A stretch of 59,541 bases of DNA from Rhynchobatus australiae (Eukaryota), in NCBI GenBank assembly GCA_034780895.1, contig JAUZTB010000064.1:98424107-98483647 (forward strand), given 5' to 3'. The notes under the pieces are model-generated. The model did not search any database. It was not told the DNA's origin and saw only the letters and a list, made by a program, of their open reading frames with translations. Both the position numbers and the translations under genes were made by a program. Below, in pieces: positions 26,420-39,833 of this stretch (the stretch's first letter is position 1; each line of letters opens with the position of its first letter).

Positions 26420-26582
26420 GCATCTTCTGCCCTCTTCCTTTTCAGTCCTGATGAAGAGTCTCAGCCCGAAACATTGACTGTCTATTTTCCTCCATGGATG
26501 CTGCCTGACCTGCTGAGTTCCTCCAGCACTTTTTGTGTATTGCTCCAGAATCCAGCTTCTGCAGAAGTTTTTGTGTCTCAAT
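26420..26582 (+). mobile_element. Penelope-associated terminal repeat with minimal hammerhead ribozyme motif
   Basis: cagtc-CTGATGA-a-gagtctcagccc-GAAAC-att-gactg (26443-26480), followed by gatgctgcctgacctgctgagttcctccagca. Confidence 0.7.
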
Positions 26583-28349
26583 GGTCCTTAATGCTATTTC
26601 ACCAAAGTTTCAACAATTTTCCGTCATCAGCAGTCAATTCAGAAAAACTGTATATTTTCCCTATAGTATTTAAATCCATTTACTCATTAGGTGAGATCAT
26701 CCTACATCACCCACTTCCCAAACTCCCCTCCCGCAGTCCCTGCCGCCCACCCTCTCTNNNNNNNNNNNNNNNNNNNNNNNNNNNNNNNNNNNNNNNNNNN
26801 NNNNNNNNNNNNNNNNNNNNNNNNNNNNNNNNNNNNNNNNNNNNNNNNNNNNNNNNNNNNNNNNNNNNNNNNNNNNNNNNNNNNNNNNNNNNNNNNNNNN
26901 NNNNNNNNNNNNNNNNNNNNNNNNNNNNNNNNNNNNNNNNNNNNNNNNNNNNNNNNNNNNNNNNNNNNNNNNNNNNNNNNNNNNNNNNNNNNNNNNNNNN
27001 NNNNNNNNNNNNNNNNNNNNNNNNNNNNNNNNNNNNNNNNNNNNNNNNNNNNNNNNNNNNNNNNNNNNNNNNNNNNNNNNNNNNNNNNNNNNNNNNNNNN
27101 NNNNNNNNNNNNNNNNNNNNNNNNNNNNNNNNNNNNNNNNNNNNNNNNNNNNNNNNNNNNNNNNNNNNNNNNNNNNNNNNNNNNNNNNNNNNNNNNNNNN
27201 NNNNNNNNNNNNNNNNNNNNNNNNNNNNNNNNNNNNNNNNNNNNNNNNNNNNNNNNNNNNNNNNNNNNNNNNNNNNNNNNNNNNNNNNNNNNNNNNNNNN
27301 NNNNNNNNNNNNNNNNNNNNNNNNNNNNNNNNNNNNNNNNNNNNNNNNNNNNNNNNNNNNNNNNNNNNNNNNNNNGTGGTGACACTGATTGGGATCCCCT
27401 GCCAAAACACACATTGATTATCTCAACCTGCGCTTGTGTCCATGTGAAGCATTCTTCAGAGGCATGCTGATCAGTTGTAGGAGACATAGACCACAAATAG
27501 TCGCAGGAGTGAGGACCCAGTTAATAATTTTGCACTAGGCTCAGGCTGTTGCAGGAGTGTTGAACAAATCCACTAAATAAAAACAAAAAGCAAGAAACTG
27601 CAGATTCTGGAAATCAAAAATACAAACAGAAAATTGTAGACATGAGTCAGGACAAAATGGAGGGAGAAGCCGAACTAGCATTCTGTGTCAATGAGTTTTC
27701 ATTAGAAGTGGCTTTCCAGACAGTTAATACCTGGCGATGAGGCTGCTCTGGATATAATCAGATGGATAAATGCTTGGGACAACAGAGATTCACAGCTAAA
27801 CTGACACAAATCTATCTCATCCAAAAATATTATACAAAACTTGCTTGCTTGGAATATCCTTAGTGAGTGAAAGGTGATTGTGTGCAATGAAAACCTTAAA
27901 ATACTTCACCTTAAAAGTACAAGTTCATATCTTTAATTTTTCATAGAGATTTTAAAAAAAACCTGCAGTATCTTCCCCAGAGACTCATCCTGCAATATGT
28001 ACAACAGGGGTACAACGACTCCTCAGAGGAGGGCCCTGTCCCTGATGCAGCTACAAAGTCACACAGCTCACATGAGCAGCACAGATACTCTCATTTTATT
28101 GGTAAGATGGTTAGGTTTACACATGGTGAATTGCACATCACAAGGGAGCAACAGCTAATTGCCACAGAATGTGCAACAGCAGAAGTTCCACAGTGAGGGG
28201 CACAGGATGGTCCAAGTTCTGCTCAGCTTGTCAGAAACCCTGCACATTGAGGACTGTCAGTGAACAGGATACTCTCGGAGCAGCAGCAAAGAACAGTTCA
28301 GATGCTGCCAGCATCCTGAGTGCACTGTGTACGCCTGTGGAGAGATCAT

Positions 28350-28490
28350 TGGAATAAAACCAGAAACTGCTGGAAACACTCAGCACAGACAGCATCTGTG
28401 GTAAAAGAAACAGGTTCAGGACCTTCATCAGAACTAGATGTTGTCTTTCCTGTCGAGTATACTCAACATTTTCTGTTCTTATTTTCCCTG
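28350..28490. mobile_element. Inverted pair of Penelope-associated terminal repeats
   Basis: Minus-strand copy with CTGATGA core (agttctgatgaaggtcct) abutting a plus-strand partial copy (gagtatactcaacattttctgttcttatt). Confidence 0.5.
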
Positions 28491-31400
28491 TAACACATTA
28501 TCTGGTGGTTGTCACTGCTTTCAAGTGGCCCTTGCTGTACACAACGTGGCTGCACCTTTCCATTACAAGTGTCTGCATTTCAGAAATGCTTCCGTGGATG
28601 CAAAACACTGTCATCCGTCATGAACTTATGAAAGGCGTTATAAAACAATAACTTATTTGATGTGGTTATTTTGCACTACAAGTCACTTCAGGAGGGAACA
28701 GAAAATGTTGGATTTCCACTTAAGTAGCACTGTTCTTCGACCAGACGGGGTCGCTGCTGTGAAGCACTTCCCAAAGAAACTGAACACCAGCCCATCCGTT
28801 CCAATCTCATTGCATCCTGTTTCATATTTCATCCCCAGTAGCTTTGCAATGCAAGCGCGGTTACTCTAAATGATTTTGTCTTTCCGCTGATCGTAGCAAT
28901 AACAAACTAGACCAAGCTTTCAGCTTCCCAGTTCGAAAATTTAAAAAAAATGCGTTTTATTTTAATGAGTATTTCGAACCGAGGACTCAGGTTGCTCCAC
29001 TTCCAGGGGTAGGAGCCTGAACGTCTGCTCCACTCTCCAGGGAAAGCGCATTAGCGCACATTTCTTAACCTAGTACAAAAATCAATGCCACAATTTTCTA
29101 AAAGCAAACCACCCTGAATGATAGACAGGCAATTTTCACCGACAATCTGAAATGCAAAGGTATCAGCAAACATTGTCTGCACAAAGTGATTCGCAATGTG
29201 CACTTATTTAAATAAACAGGTGCGCATCGTTACCCATGTTTTGATTCGACGGCGCAATGCTAGCTCTAATAATGTACATGCAGATAGTTAACGTTTTCTT
29301 TGTGAAAAGGATCAGTGACTATGGCCGTGCAGAAAATTATAAAGCAGAGCAGAACAGGACAGTTGGTTCTGGTATCACATTTCTTCATAAGAAATAGGAG
29401 CGCTTGGGCCGAAGGGCCTGCTCCCATACTGTATTACTGTTCCGGTTTCTTACAGTTCCAGGTACCTTGACTCACCACCCCTTCTTCCGCCACCCCAGTA
29501 CTTATTTCAATCGAGATTTCCCTTTTATCCGTTCATGTTGCAATGGCAATAGACCTGATATGGCAAATCCCCCACACGTCGAAGGTCTCACTAAGCCAAG
29601 TGACTTAAAAGTCGCAGTAATTGCTTTATGTAAAAGTTCAGATCGGCTTTGAAGGGTGAGTTTAATCGAAGAACAATACTTCAATCGCCTCATATTTCCA
29701 CTGTACAAGCGTTGTATTCTGTGACACGTGTACACTAAATATGGAAATAATAGATCTGCTTTGCTATTTGAGCCACCCGGTCATCCCTCTGTTTCCCAGC
29801 ACTGCCAGCATCAATACGAGCTGTTCGGCAAGGCAGCCAATGAACTGAATTTGAGACTAGCTCTTCATTTTGCAAACTGTTTACAGTCTAAATGCTTACT
29901 GAGCAAAGCGGAATGTGTTCGCCATAGCTAGGGGGACAGATGTTGTTAACAGAGACACAAACAAGCCAATGGATTCATGACCACGTTTGGTGACATTTGT
30001 GATGCTGACACCATCATCAGATTGCCCACTTAGGGAAAGATGGTTCCTAGATTTGTCATCTGATTGTAGATTATTTTCATTCAGAAAATGCCCTGCGCAG
30101 TTTTGCAATGCAAACACGGAACTTCACTGACAATTGTTTGTAATAATATTTAACATTGTAATAATTATTAAATTGTAATAATTATTCACATTGAAATTGG
30201 GTTATGTTAAATCGATGTCATTCGGGTGGTTTTAAACATTTTGTATTAATATAGGCCAGTTCGATTTGGTGTCAAGAGGAAACATGATAAACGTTTGAGA
30301 ACAACGACTGCCATAATTGGCAATTAAGTTGTATTTGAACAGTGTTTAAAAATTCATGCACTTAATGAATTCTGTTTATAATTCAATCTTATAAAAGGCA
30401 TTGAGGTCACTGAGAACTTCCAGCATATGAGTAACATAAGAAAAAAATGTTTCTTTGTCCATTTATCGCCAGTAATATTTTCACGTATTTTAACTGGGAA
30501 AGATGGGTAGAATGGGTTAGGTATTTGCAAGCATTGTTAGAGAGAATTTTAATTAATAAAAGATTAAATGGAACTAGTTAAAGATCAACAAAGGATCACG
30601 ATTCGGAACACATCTAAAGGCTGGGGTGGGCGTAGGATAAAGTTGTTCAGGAGGCTTATTTTCCTTGTAATGTAATGAGGAAAATAATGAAAACAACGAA
30701 GTGTTGAGTACCAGTATTTTTTTTGGATAACTGTCCTTCTAATGTTCGTCCTCATTTTTGAATTTTACATTCAAGTTGATGGCACATTTGAAGAGTAANN
30801 NNNNNNNNNNNNNNTCTTTAAGACTGTTGGGATGGCCTCCAGCAACCTTCCGGATCAGTGAAAATAAAACAGGTTTGTATTCAGCCATGACTGCTTTAAG
30901 GAATGGCAGCCAAACAAAATAAAGATTCTGTATCTTCCCTTCGCTTGGGATGTTTTCTCCCCGTTTTCTAGTTAACCACAGTCATTCAAACTGCTATTAA
31001 TTTACAAGCTTGCTCGGGCAATCTGTAATCTTGCTCATCCGACTTCCAGCCATTCCTGTCATAAGGGTATCATCTAGTGTCTTATGTGCAGATGATATTA
31101 TTTAGGGTTGGAAGCTGTCATTCAGTTGATCAAACAGACATAACAAAGTTGGGACTGAAATGAGACGATCACTCAAGTTCAAGGACACCACACACCCTGT
31201 TGCAGTATATTTTGATCCGAAGTTCAGCGTACGACTCGGAAAAGCGATATGATTACCTCGGTGCGCGTCTCTGTAGGACTGTACTCGCCAGATTAAGCAT
31301 TTCACTATGAACAGAAGGGTCTTTTCAATTTCAGAAATGCGATCCCGAACGAGTGCGAGCGCTTTGCTCACAGTGGCAGTTACAATAACTGAAAACGTGC

Positions 31401-34400
31401 ACAGGAAGTGAAAGAGGTTGAGTGAGAAGCTGAAATGCCATCAAAGAGGAGCTTGCCGACTCTGTCTTAAAATACCAACATGTCGAAAGATCTGCTCTTT
31501 GAGCAACAAAGAGCTCATACTTCTGTCTAGAGGCTGCAAATTTTATTAATTTTATCAAGTTGTACATTTTGCCAGTGGCAGAACTTTTAACCCCTTAATC
31601 CGGAAGCTCTACGATTACAAGCAGTTTACACAGCGCTAGGAGGTGTATAGCCAAAGCAATGGGAGTGCTTTGAACCAATGTTTGGTGCAGCTGCGTTGCT
31701 GCAGCGGTTGCAGGAAACATGAAAGGGAGTCCTGAAAATCTTGAAATTTTTCATTAACACAACTGACGGTGAAAAGTAGGGAAAAACAAACATAATACCG
31801 GGCATTGTGAATATCCTATTTGTATTAAAACACGTTTAAAGACAATGGAATATGCAAATAAAGTTCTTTGTGGAGAACATAACTTCGCCATTAGTCACGA
31901 TTCTCAAGTATGTTGCAGCTTTGTTTCAAATTTATTACTTTAGTTGCTTGTCGAAAATGAGATGCCCAAACACAATGTGCTATAGAACACGGAAAGCAGT
32001 ATTACCAAACCACCCAGACTAGGCCAAATGGGAAAAGAGTGACTTGAGTTTAGCAACCTTTCGATAGTGAAAAGACTCCTTGTGTCGGATTAAATTGAAC
32101 CCGATAAAGAGAGGATAGATATTCATATCTGTTTGCGGTAATTTCCCCATTTATCTTTTGCAGTTTATTCGTAGCGGGGTCGTCTTTTTTTTAAAGATCG
32201 ATGATGTAATCGCACCAATAAACGTCTTGCTCAAACAAAATCCTCTGTACCGACTAAAGGCTTAAATAAAGTCCGTCACTTTCTAAAACCAACCCCATCG
32301 CTGATTGACTTTTGTACAGTCGGTGCATGAACTTCGACCGCATCAGTCATCACTTAAGGGATCGGCAAACACAGAACTCCTGAAATACAAGGAATGTGCA
32401 AACTGCACGCAGATTTTGGTAACTGTACTGAGGTATGAAAATAAAGACTAGAAAGGAAACCAGAAATGCTAATTATTGTTTACAGAGATATTTTCAGGAG
32501 AACTACACCTTTCTTTCCTCGGATAACTTTAAAAAACACGTTAACCACATCTCTTTAAATAGCACTCGGGACATTTCTGGACTCACGACCGACCCAAAAA
32601 GCGCAGGATTCAATTCAATGGGAGGCAGGGGAGGACGACAGAAGGTAAAATATCCACTACTGATCTGGAAGTGCGGTAGCACAGAGGCTGCAAGTTACGC
32701 TCCCGCTACTGAAATTCGATTCCAGTGACCTTAAGCGACCGAGCAGGAATTTTTACGCCAAAGATTTGTCTATTTTTAGCACATACAATCGGTGAATACC
32801 TGTTGAATTGAAACCTTTGATGGCGGCCCTGAAGTATACTTTCACAATGTAAAGTTGAGGAAGGAGTTAAACTGTTTGAATAAATATATAGAGCTGACAG
32901 TTATTTAAGCAAAATTTCATGCTGTTAAGGTATGAAAGTTTGGACAAAGTTTGCACAAGAACAAGTCTAGATCTTTCGGTACTCGAAAGGATAGTTTAAA
33001 AACTGCACGTCACGTGATTGCGGCAAATTTGGAATTTAAGAAACAGATGCACGATCTAATTACACGTAATCCAGGTCCTAAATTCCTCCCGGATTCAGCG
33101 CGGTTGCAAGACAAAATCCTGTTAACAGTGATTGGATCCTGTCGGGAACCTTGGTGTTCAAGGGAGAGCTCTGTACATGGCAGAGCTATTTCCCATTCAC
33201 AATTTAGAAAAGCCAATAGGGAATAACCCCTACTCTCTATATGAAGCAGAGTCCATTTGTTCACGATTTCCATGGTCAACCTTGATCATTTTGCCAAATT
33301 GAACGAGCAAATCACAGCTTTTTGATTCCACCTCAAACTCAGCTCGTGTGTGTGAACTGGTGTAAGGAATCTCACCAGCCTTTAATCCAGATTTAAATGG
33401 AGCCGCAACTTCGAATAGTGCACTGCAGGCTTTGTGCAGATGCAGGTAGTTTCAATTTGATACAGAGGCCAAACTTGCAATGTAAATATAACGAGTTTCA
33501 AATGGATTTAATGAAAATACTGAGCAAATATGATTGGAGTGTAATGCTTTGTAAGCATGATATTTGTTTGCATTTCAGAGAAGTACACTTTCAACTCAGT
33601 CTACACCTTTATGAATGTGCACTGGAGAATCCAGCCAGTAACGGCGGTGCGGGCTCCTTTAATACAAGAAAATGCAGCATTTGAAGCATGTTTTCAAACG
33701 TAGGCATTCCTGGACTGCAAGGAATCCCAAAGAGTCCGCGAGATTATAGGCTTTCTGTCCTTCCGTAATTCGATATCTAATCCAGTGCTGTTGCTGATTA
33801 ACGAGCCTATTATTTATGATGTTGTTTACTAATAAAAGCAGCGGGGGTGCCTTGGAATCACTGATGCTGTCTTTGGTCTTTAAAAGAAATGATCCTCGAT
33901 TAATTTATTTTTGAAGAACAACTAGTGCACACAACTGTGTTAGTAAGAAATACAAGACCTACTTAAAAACATAGTGAATGTAGCCAGAACTGCTACATAT
34001 AAAACCAGTCATCCCAATCACAACTTAAATAGTTGGATTTACTCTAGTACAGTGTGCATCAATACATCAGTTTACCTAAAAAGAGTAATGTAGATTCAAC
34101 ACAACAGGACCCTTTGTTTCGAGCAGAATCACTTTATTGAAATAAAGTTTTAGAAAAACAATTGAAATGAATTTTGCATGACACATGCGGAGAGTCAAAC
34201 AGCAGTGGTTAAAGCATGGATTATTGGGTACATAATGGAGACACATGCACAGAAATATAAATGTAATAAAGATGTATTTATGTGAATGCTATTCCAGAGA
34301 AATGTTTGAATAATGCATTACAGGACCATAGGTTAGCTGTTTAAGATTGTCCAGGGTATTCAAATGCTGTGGTGCTGTCTAAGGAGGGTGATGAAAGCTT

Positions 34401-34479
34401 ATTAAACACAGCTGATCTTTCTGGAGTAATGAAAATAGAGGGATATGACTGAAGGTGGGAGGGGGAAAAATTGCTGGTA

Positions 34480-34880
34480 CCTTGAGATGCAGAACTCAGC
34501 AGTTAGAAATCTGAAATAAAGGAGAATGGTGGAAATCAGCAGATCAGGCAGAATCTGCAGAAAGAGAAATGCTGACTTGATGTTATAGCTGGATGACCTT
34601 AAACTGGAACTAGCCAGTTTTGATACAAACAGGAAAGGCTGGTTATCTGACATTGTTGCATTTAGTGTTCTGAGAGCTGCAGCATAAGTGCTTGGGCAGT
34701 TCTGCTCTTCACCCTATCATAGACATTCCCTCTGGTCTCACTGGCACCCATCCTTCCTCTACAATTTTCAAAACACTTTTTGCTTTTTCAGTTTTCTAGT
34801 TCTGGTTAAGCTGAAACATTAACTCTCTCAGATGCTGTTTCTGGTTTTTTCAGATCTTCAGCAACTGCAGCTTTGCTTTT
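34480..34880. mobile_element. Degenerate Penelope-like remnants in inverted arrangement
   Basis: Minus copy (gaaatctgaaataaa...gcagatcaggcagaatctg) and plus copy (ctgaaacattaactctctcagatgctg...cagatcttcagcaactgcag). Confidence 0.45.
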
Positions 34881-36109
34881 CCATTACCATTGTTCTTTGT
34901 TTTAGTTAATCTGTGCTTTTAATTAATGTAAATTGTGACTTTTCACTTCCTTTAAGAAGCTAACTTGCTTCAAATAGCTGTTAGAATATATTGTGACAAG
35001 GTCACAGGTTACTCAATTCAAGTTGGCAGGCATTTGAACATATTGGGGAAAATGTTTTTCCTGAAGTTACATATCTCGTTAAACAACGCTAAGGTATTCC
35101 TCGTATTATCCTGATCTCAATAAACTGCCTCAAGGTTCCTTGGCATNNNNNNNNNNNNNNNNNNNNNNNNNNNNNNNNNNNNNNNNNNNNNNNNNNNNNN
35201 NNNNNNNNNNNNNNNNNNNNNNNNNNNNNNNNNNNNNNNNNNNNNNATCAATCACTTTATTTCCTCTGCGCCATTATGTTTTAATATGGTAATTCCCGAC
35301 TCGTTGATACCAGATAACCTTCAACCCTCATAGTATTTAACCCGTCATATATGTAGAAAGATGCCTTTCATTGAAAGACTCACTGTAATTTATCACATAC
35401 GCATTAACTGTGCTAATTGCTTATGGATTGTTACTTGTATTGTAATCCTATATATCTTCAAATTGGCACCAGATCTTTGATGTCAGCCAGCTGTTTTGTT
35501 GAAAGGGGCTCTTCTGGATAATTTTAAATAAATCTAGTAACACATTAGAAAAAGTAAGTCTATAGACAATAAAAAAGGCTGCTGAGATATTTGACTTCTA
35601 TGCACCACCTTACACCACCGCCCATTCTAATGCTTTTGTATCTGCCCAAATTGTAAATTACACAATGGAACTTATTATCTGCACTAATGTCTTTTAAAAT
35701 CACAAGACCATCTGAACTGATCTATTTGCAAGTAAATAAATAACTTTACTAATGAACCATACAAGATTCAAATTTTTACAAAAAAAATCTTCAAACACGA
35801 GACCGTTCTTTAAATGTATTTAAATAAGATTGCTGTATATGGATATGTTGCTGAATTCCATCTAGTATGACTTAGGCCAGCGGCGGCTATACTTTATGAG
35901 CTTCTGTGTCACTAAATAACTAACATAAGGTTATTAGGGTTGTGCAAATGTCATTAGGTTTCAACGCGGTTCTTTCGGCCATGGCTTATTTTCTCTTAGC
36001 GTGGTGATGAATAATCAACGTTAAGACGTGTAGCTTGAATTCATAGCATATCCAGAACACACAGAAAGGTTGGTGTGAAAGTCCCTTCCCAAAGCAATTA
36101 ATAGATAAG

Positions 36110-36235
36110 TACATGGAGCTGATTAAAATAGAGGGTTATGGGTAAGCCTAGTAATTTCTAGGTTAGGGACATGTTCGGCACAGCTTTGTGGGCCGAAGGC
36201 CCTGAATTGTGCTGTAGTTTTTCTAAGTTTCTAAT
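36110..36235 (+). mobile_element. CR1 3' tail
   Basis: gataagtacatgg...gtgggccgaaggccctgaattgtgctgtagtttttctaagtttcta. Confidence 0.7.
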
Positions 36236-39200
36236 ATGTTTTTTTTGAAAGAAAAAAAAGTGCAGTTTATGGATCAAGAGGAGGGGGGTTATGAACAATG
36301 GCTGCACCACATGATAAAACAAAAGGCATCTTGTGTAATGTAAGATTCGGTGATATGGCTGAATATGGTGGTTGCAATCTGTTTTAATAGAAAATATGAA
36401 TTTATGTATTCCATTTAGAAATGATCACAGGTGCCTGCATGGACAACCCATTGACTTGCTATCACTATTGTAGATGATGATGGGTCCTTGGGAATTATTT
36501 CTTTGCGCATCACCTGTGATGTAATTACAAATCAATTCATAAAGAAACTTTAGATTTTCGCATTTTGTACCGAGGAGCCCTATTTCATGGTTTAGAATGT
36601 CCATGGCATCTTCAGTACTTTAAACCCATAATCAGCTTGCATGACAATTCGTTCAGTGTTATAATTGTAACACTGAATACAAGAACAATTTATCTTTTCT
36701 CAGACAGCAATCGCCAATCAAACTCTCGAAAGTTCAGTAAGTAGTAAACTCAATGCAAAGTATGGCTTCTCATAGGTCTTGCGGGTTTTCTGCATCTTGT
36801 CCGCCTTGCAGATAGGCAGTCTCAATCACATCACCCAGTAAAACGGCTAAACTGAATTATGTTTCAGTGATGCTTAGAACAGGAATTTACAGGGTCACTG
36901 GAAATCATTTATTGCCTTCTGAATCATTTCTTGCCCTACACCTTGAGTCAGTTCATTCTTTCATTCTTTTTCCTGAAACAACAACTCAGCTAAAATTTGT
37001 AATGATTTTGGAATTTATCTAAAAAAATATGGGTTTGTACTTTTTAAACAGAATACTCTGAACCATTTATTGAACTAGCTAAGGACAAATTTCCAGTCTA
37101 AAGCATGTGCGCTTGTTATTGTTCTCAATAGTGAAAACACTACTTAAACCGTGCAGACTTTACGCTGGCAAAGCAAATGGTGGCATATGTGAACTCGATT
37201 TTCTCAGATGGACCTCGGTAATGCTCCAATCCTGCGCTTGGTAACATTGAGCATTTCCATTTCAAACTCATTTCGGATTTCGCTCTCAGAGATTTGTTTC
37301 TCTGTCCTCTTTTTGTTTGTCCGCCTTTTCCGGTTTTCTTTTTAGTCATATACCTCTTCCATCATTTATTTGTTGACTTGGACTGACAGTTTAAAACCCC
37401 CAAAGCTACCGTTAAGTTTTTTTTCATGTTTCAGGGAACTAATCCCAATGTACTCATCCAATCTGAGGTTATAATAATGGCAGCTCATCACAAGCAACTT
37501 CTTTAGCTGCAATTGATGTTTAGGCATTAACACTGATCAGCTTGATCCGGCTTCAAATCTGCATTAACTTGAACCATCGTTGTGTTTTTTTTAAATATAC
37601 TTAGTGTATTTGGCTGCATTCAATGCAGCGTTACTTTTTGTTTTACATTTAATTGGTAGCAGTAATGATTGGTGGGGGAGTGGAAAACTTGGAATACGTT
37701 CCTTTGGAACTGCAGTCATTGTGATAAAGTTAAACATTCCAATGATGAACAAAAATCAAATCTAAATGGATTTAGAGTTAAAGTCTTGAAAAATATAATG
37801 AAACTATTAATGTGGGACAACCAGACTGAGCGTCAATACGATTAGAGATGGCTCTCTGTCAGAACACCAAAACAGATGGGGGCAGCAGATATTACGTATT
37901 CGAGAAGAACATTATGAAAGAATGAATATAAAGTGAGTGGATAAACCTGTGCCCTTGGATGTTCAATGTTGGAAATCTGAGAGTTTATTCTCAGAAAAAA
38001 AAATAGATCAAACCCCTTTTAAATGACGAGACACTTGCGAATGTTTTAGGGGTCCAAGTACAGAAATCGGAAGCCAATAGACAGATACTAAGCGTAATCT
38101 AAATGTTTATGGGAGCAAAGAGCTGGAGGGTTTTTTTTCAGATGACGGGAGCGTCCCTAACAAAGCCACCTATTCTTCAATCTGGAGCTGAGCATTCAGA
38201 GGTGAGACCAGAAAGCATAGTTTTACACAATGCGAGATGGAAAACTGGCACTCTGTCAAGAAATGGCGAGTGGGTCAATTTAGTTAAAACTACGGAAACT
38301 CTTACCACGACAGCTATTCCAGGTTCAGATGACATCAGTGCTGACTAGTTTAATCGGGCCTCAGGTTTGCACTAACTTGAGCTAACGTTTCTTAAGGTTA
38401 AACTAATGGTATTTGGCTGCACCTCATTTATATGTTTAATTGTTTTTACTTTTATAGATTTATGTTCGTTTAAAACGTTTTGTTGAAACAAGAGTATTAA
38501 GGAAATGCCAGTCGATTTAAGACAATGATCACGTAATCTCGATTAGAATGGCAGTACTCTATATGTTTGGGGAATGGATTGTGTAGCCTTGCTCCAGTGC
38601 TCATGGATCGGAGCATCCCATTAGTTCCACATTTATTCAATTCACTGTTGTAGGGTTGATGACGACACTTTATTTTAAACACGAATAGCCACCAATNNNN
38701 NNNNNNNNNNNNNNNNNNNNNNNNNNNNNNNNNNNNNNNNNNNNNTAGTGCATTTAAAATACAAGGCTCATCTGGTAAGAGAACAGCTGAATTGTTGTGG
38801 CCTCCAGGTCCTCCCACCACGCAAGTCATTGTCACGCTTGTTGAAAAGAGGTGCAAACGCTGATGGTAAAGGTGGCAATTGGGCGAGTGCTAAAAGCCAT
38901 TCCTCCACTGAGTGTGGTTTTCATTGGCAGTGTGTAAAGGTGACGTGACGGCCCGTTTCCGCGAATGATTGGCAACATGTTATTGAAATCAAGAAGTAAG
39001 ACAAAGTGCAGCTGGATAATATGTAAGTACAGAACTGTCGAGACAGCATTCGATTGCGGTATTATCGCTGATCAGCCATTAGAGGGGATTGACTCTCGGT
39101 TATTATAGGGAGATGGATAACTATTTTTTAAGGTTGTATATGTGACGGGCCAATAACAGGAGACACTTCTCAACCGCCTTTATTGTGTGGTCCCAATCCA

Positions 39201-39299
39201 TTTGCGTTTGTTCCCGGAATAGGCCACAATAAGTCAATCATTAGCAAAGCTTCGGGAATGTAGATTGAGTGCGGTGGGGAAATAGGTAAATATCACATT

Positions 39300-39600
39300 G
39301 TTGTTATTCTTCCCCGGCAGTGGGGCGGGAATGGCTTGCTCCCACTCCATTTCTGTGAATTCTTAGGTGGCCGATGAGAAGAATATGGAATAGGAGAATC
39401 CGCCACAAATCGGGCAGGAAGTGCTTGATGGGTGGTATGGGTGGGCCGTGGTGCGCTTCTTTCATCGTTTATGCATTCCCTACAGTCGGTGAGGAGGATA
39501 CATTTTTTTTAAATCAGGGGGTTTTAAAGACATCCTTAAATATGTTTCGCCGTTCACTTAGTAATATCATCCCGTGGCAGAGCTTGGAATAGAGTCACGG
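39300..39600 (-). mobile_element. RTE LINE 3' end
   Basis: Minus strand LYSKLCHGMILLSERRNIFKDVFK, a decayed form of the RTE motif LYSELxHGKRxxGGQRKRFKDVLK. Confidence 0.5.
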
Positions 39601-39833
39601 ACTTATACNNNNNNNNNNNNNNNNNNNNNNNNNNNNNNNNNNNNNNNNNNNNNNNNNNNNNNNNNNNNNNNNNNNNNNNNNNNNNNNNNNNNNNNNNNNN
39701 NNNNNNNNNNNNNNNNNNNNNNNNNNNNNNNNNNNNNNNNNNNNNNNNNNNNNNNNNNNNNNNNNNNNNNNNNNNNNNNNNNNNNNNNNNNNNNNNNNNN
39801 NNNNNNNNNNNNNNNNNNNNNNNNNNNNNNNNC

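Noticed and set aside
30138-30193. Three copies of ttgtaataat(t)att
   Set aside because: Short AT-rich tandem duplication with no spacer structure; not CRISPR-like.
36704-36736. Possible 33-nt micro-exon (cttttctcAG ... GTAAGT)
   Set aside because: Splice-like signals only, with no linked exons, homology or transcript evidence; expected by chance.
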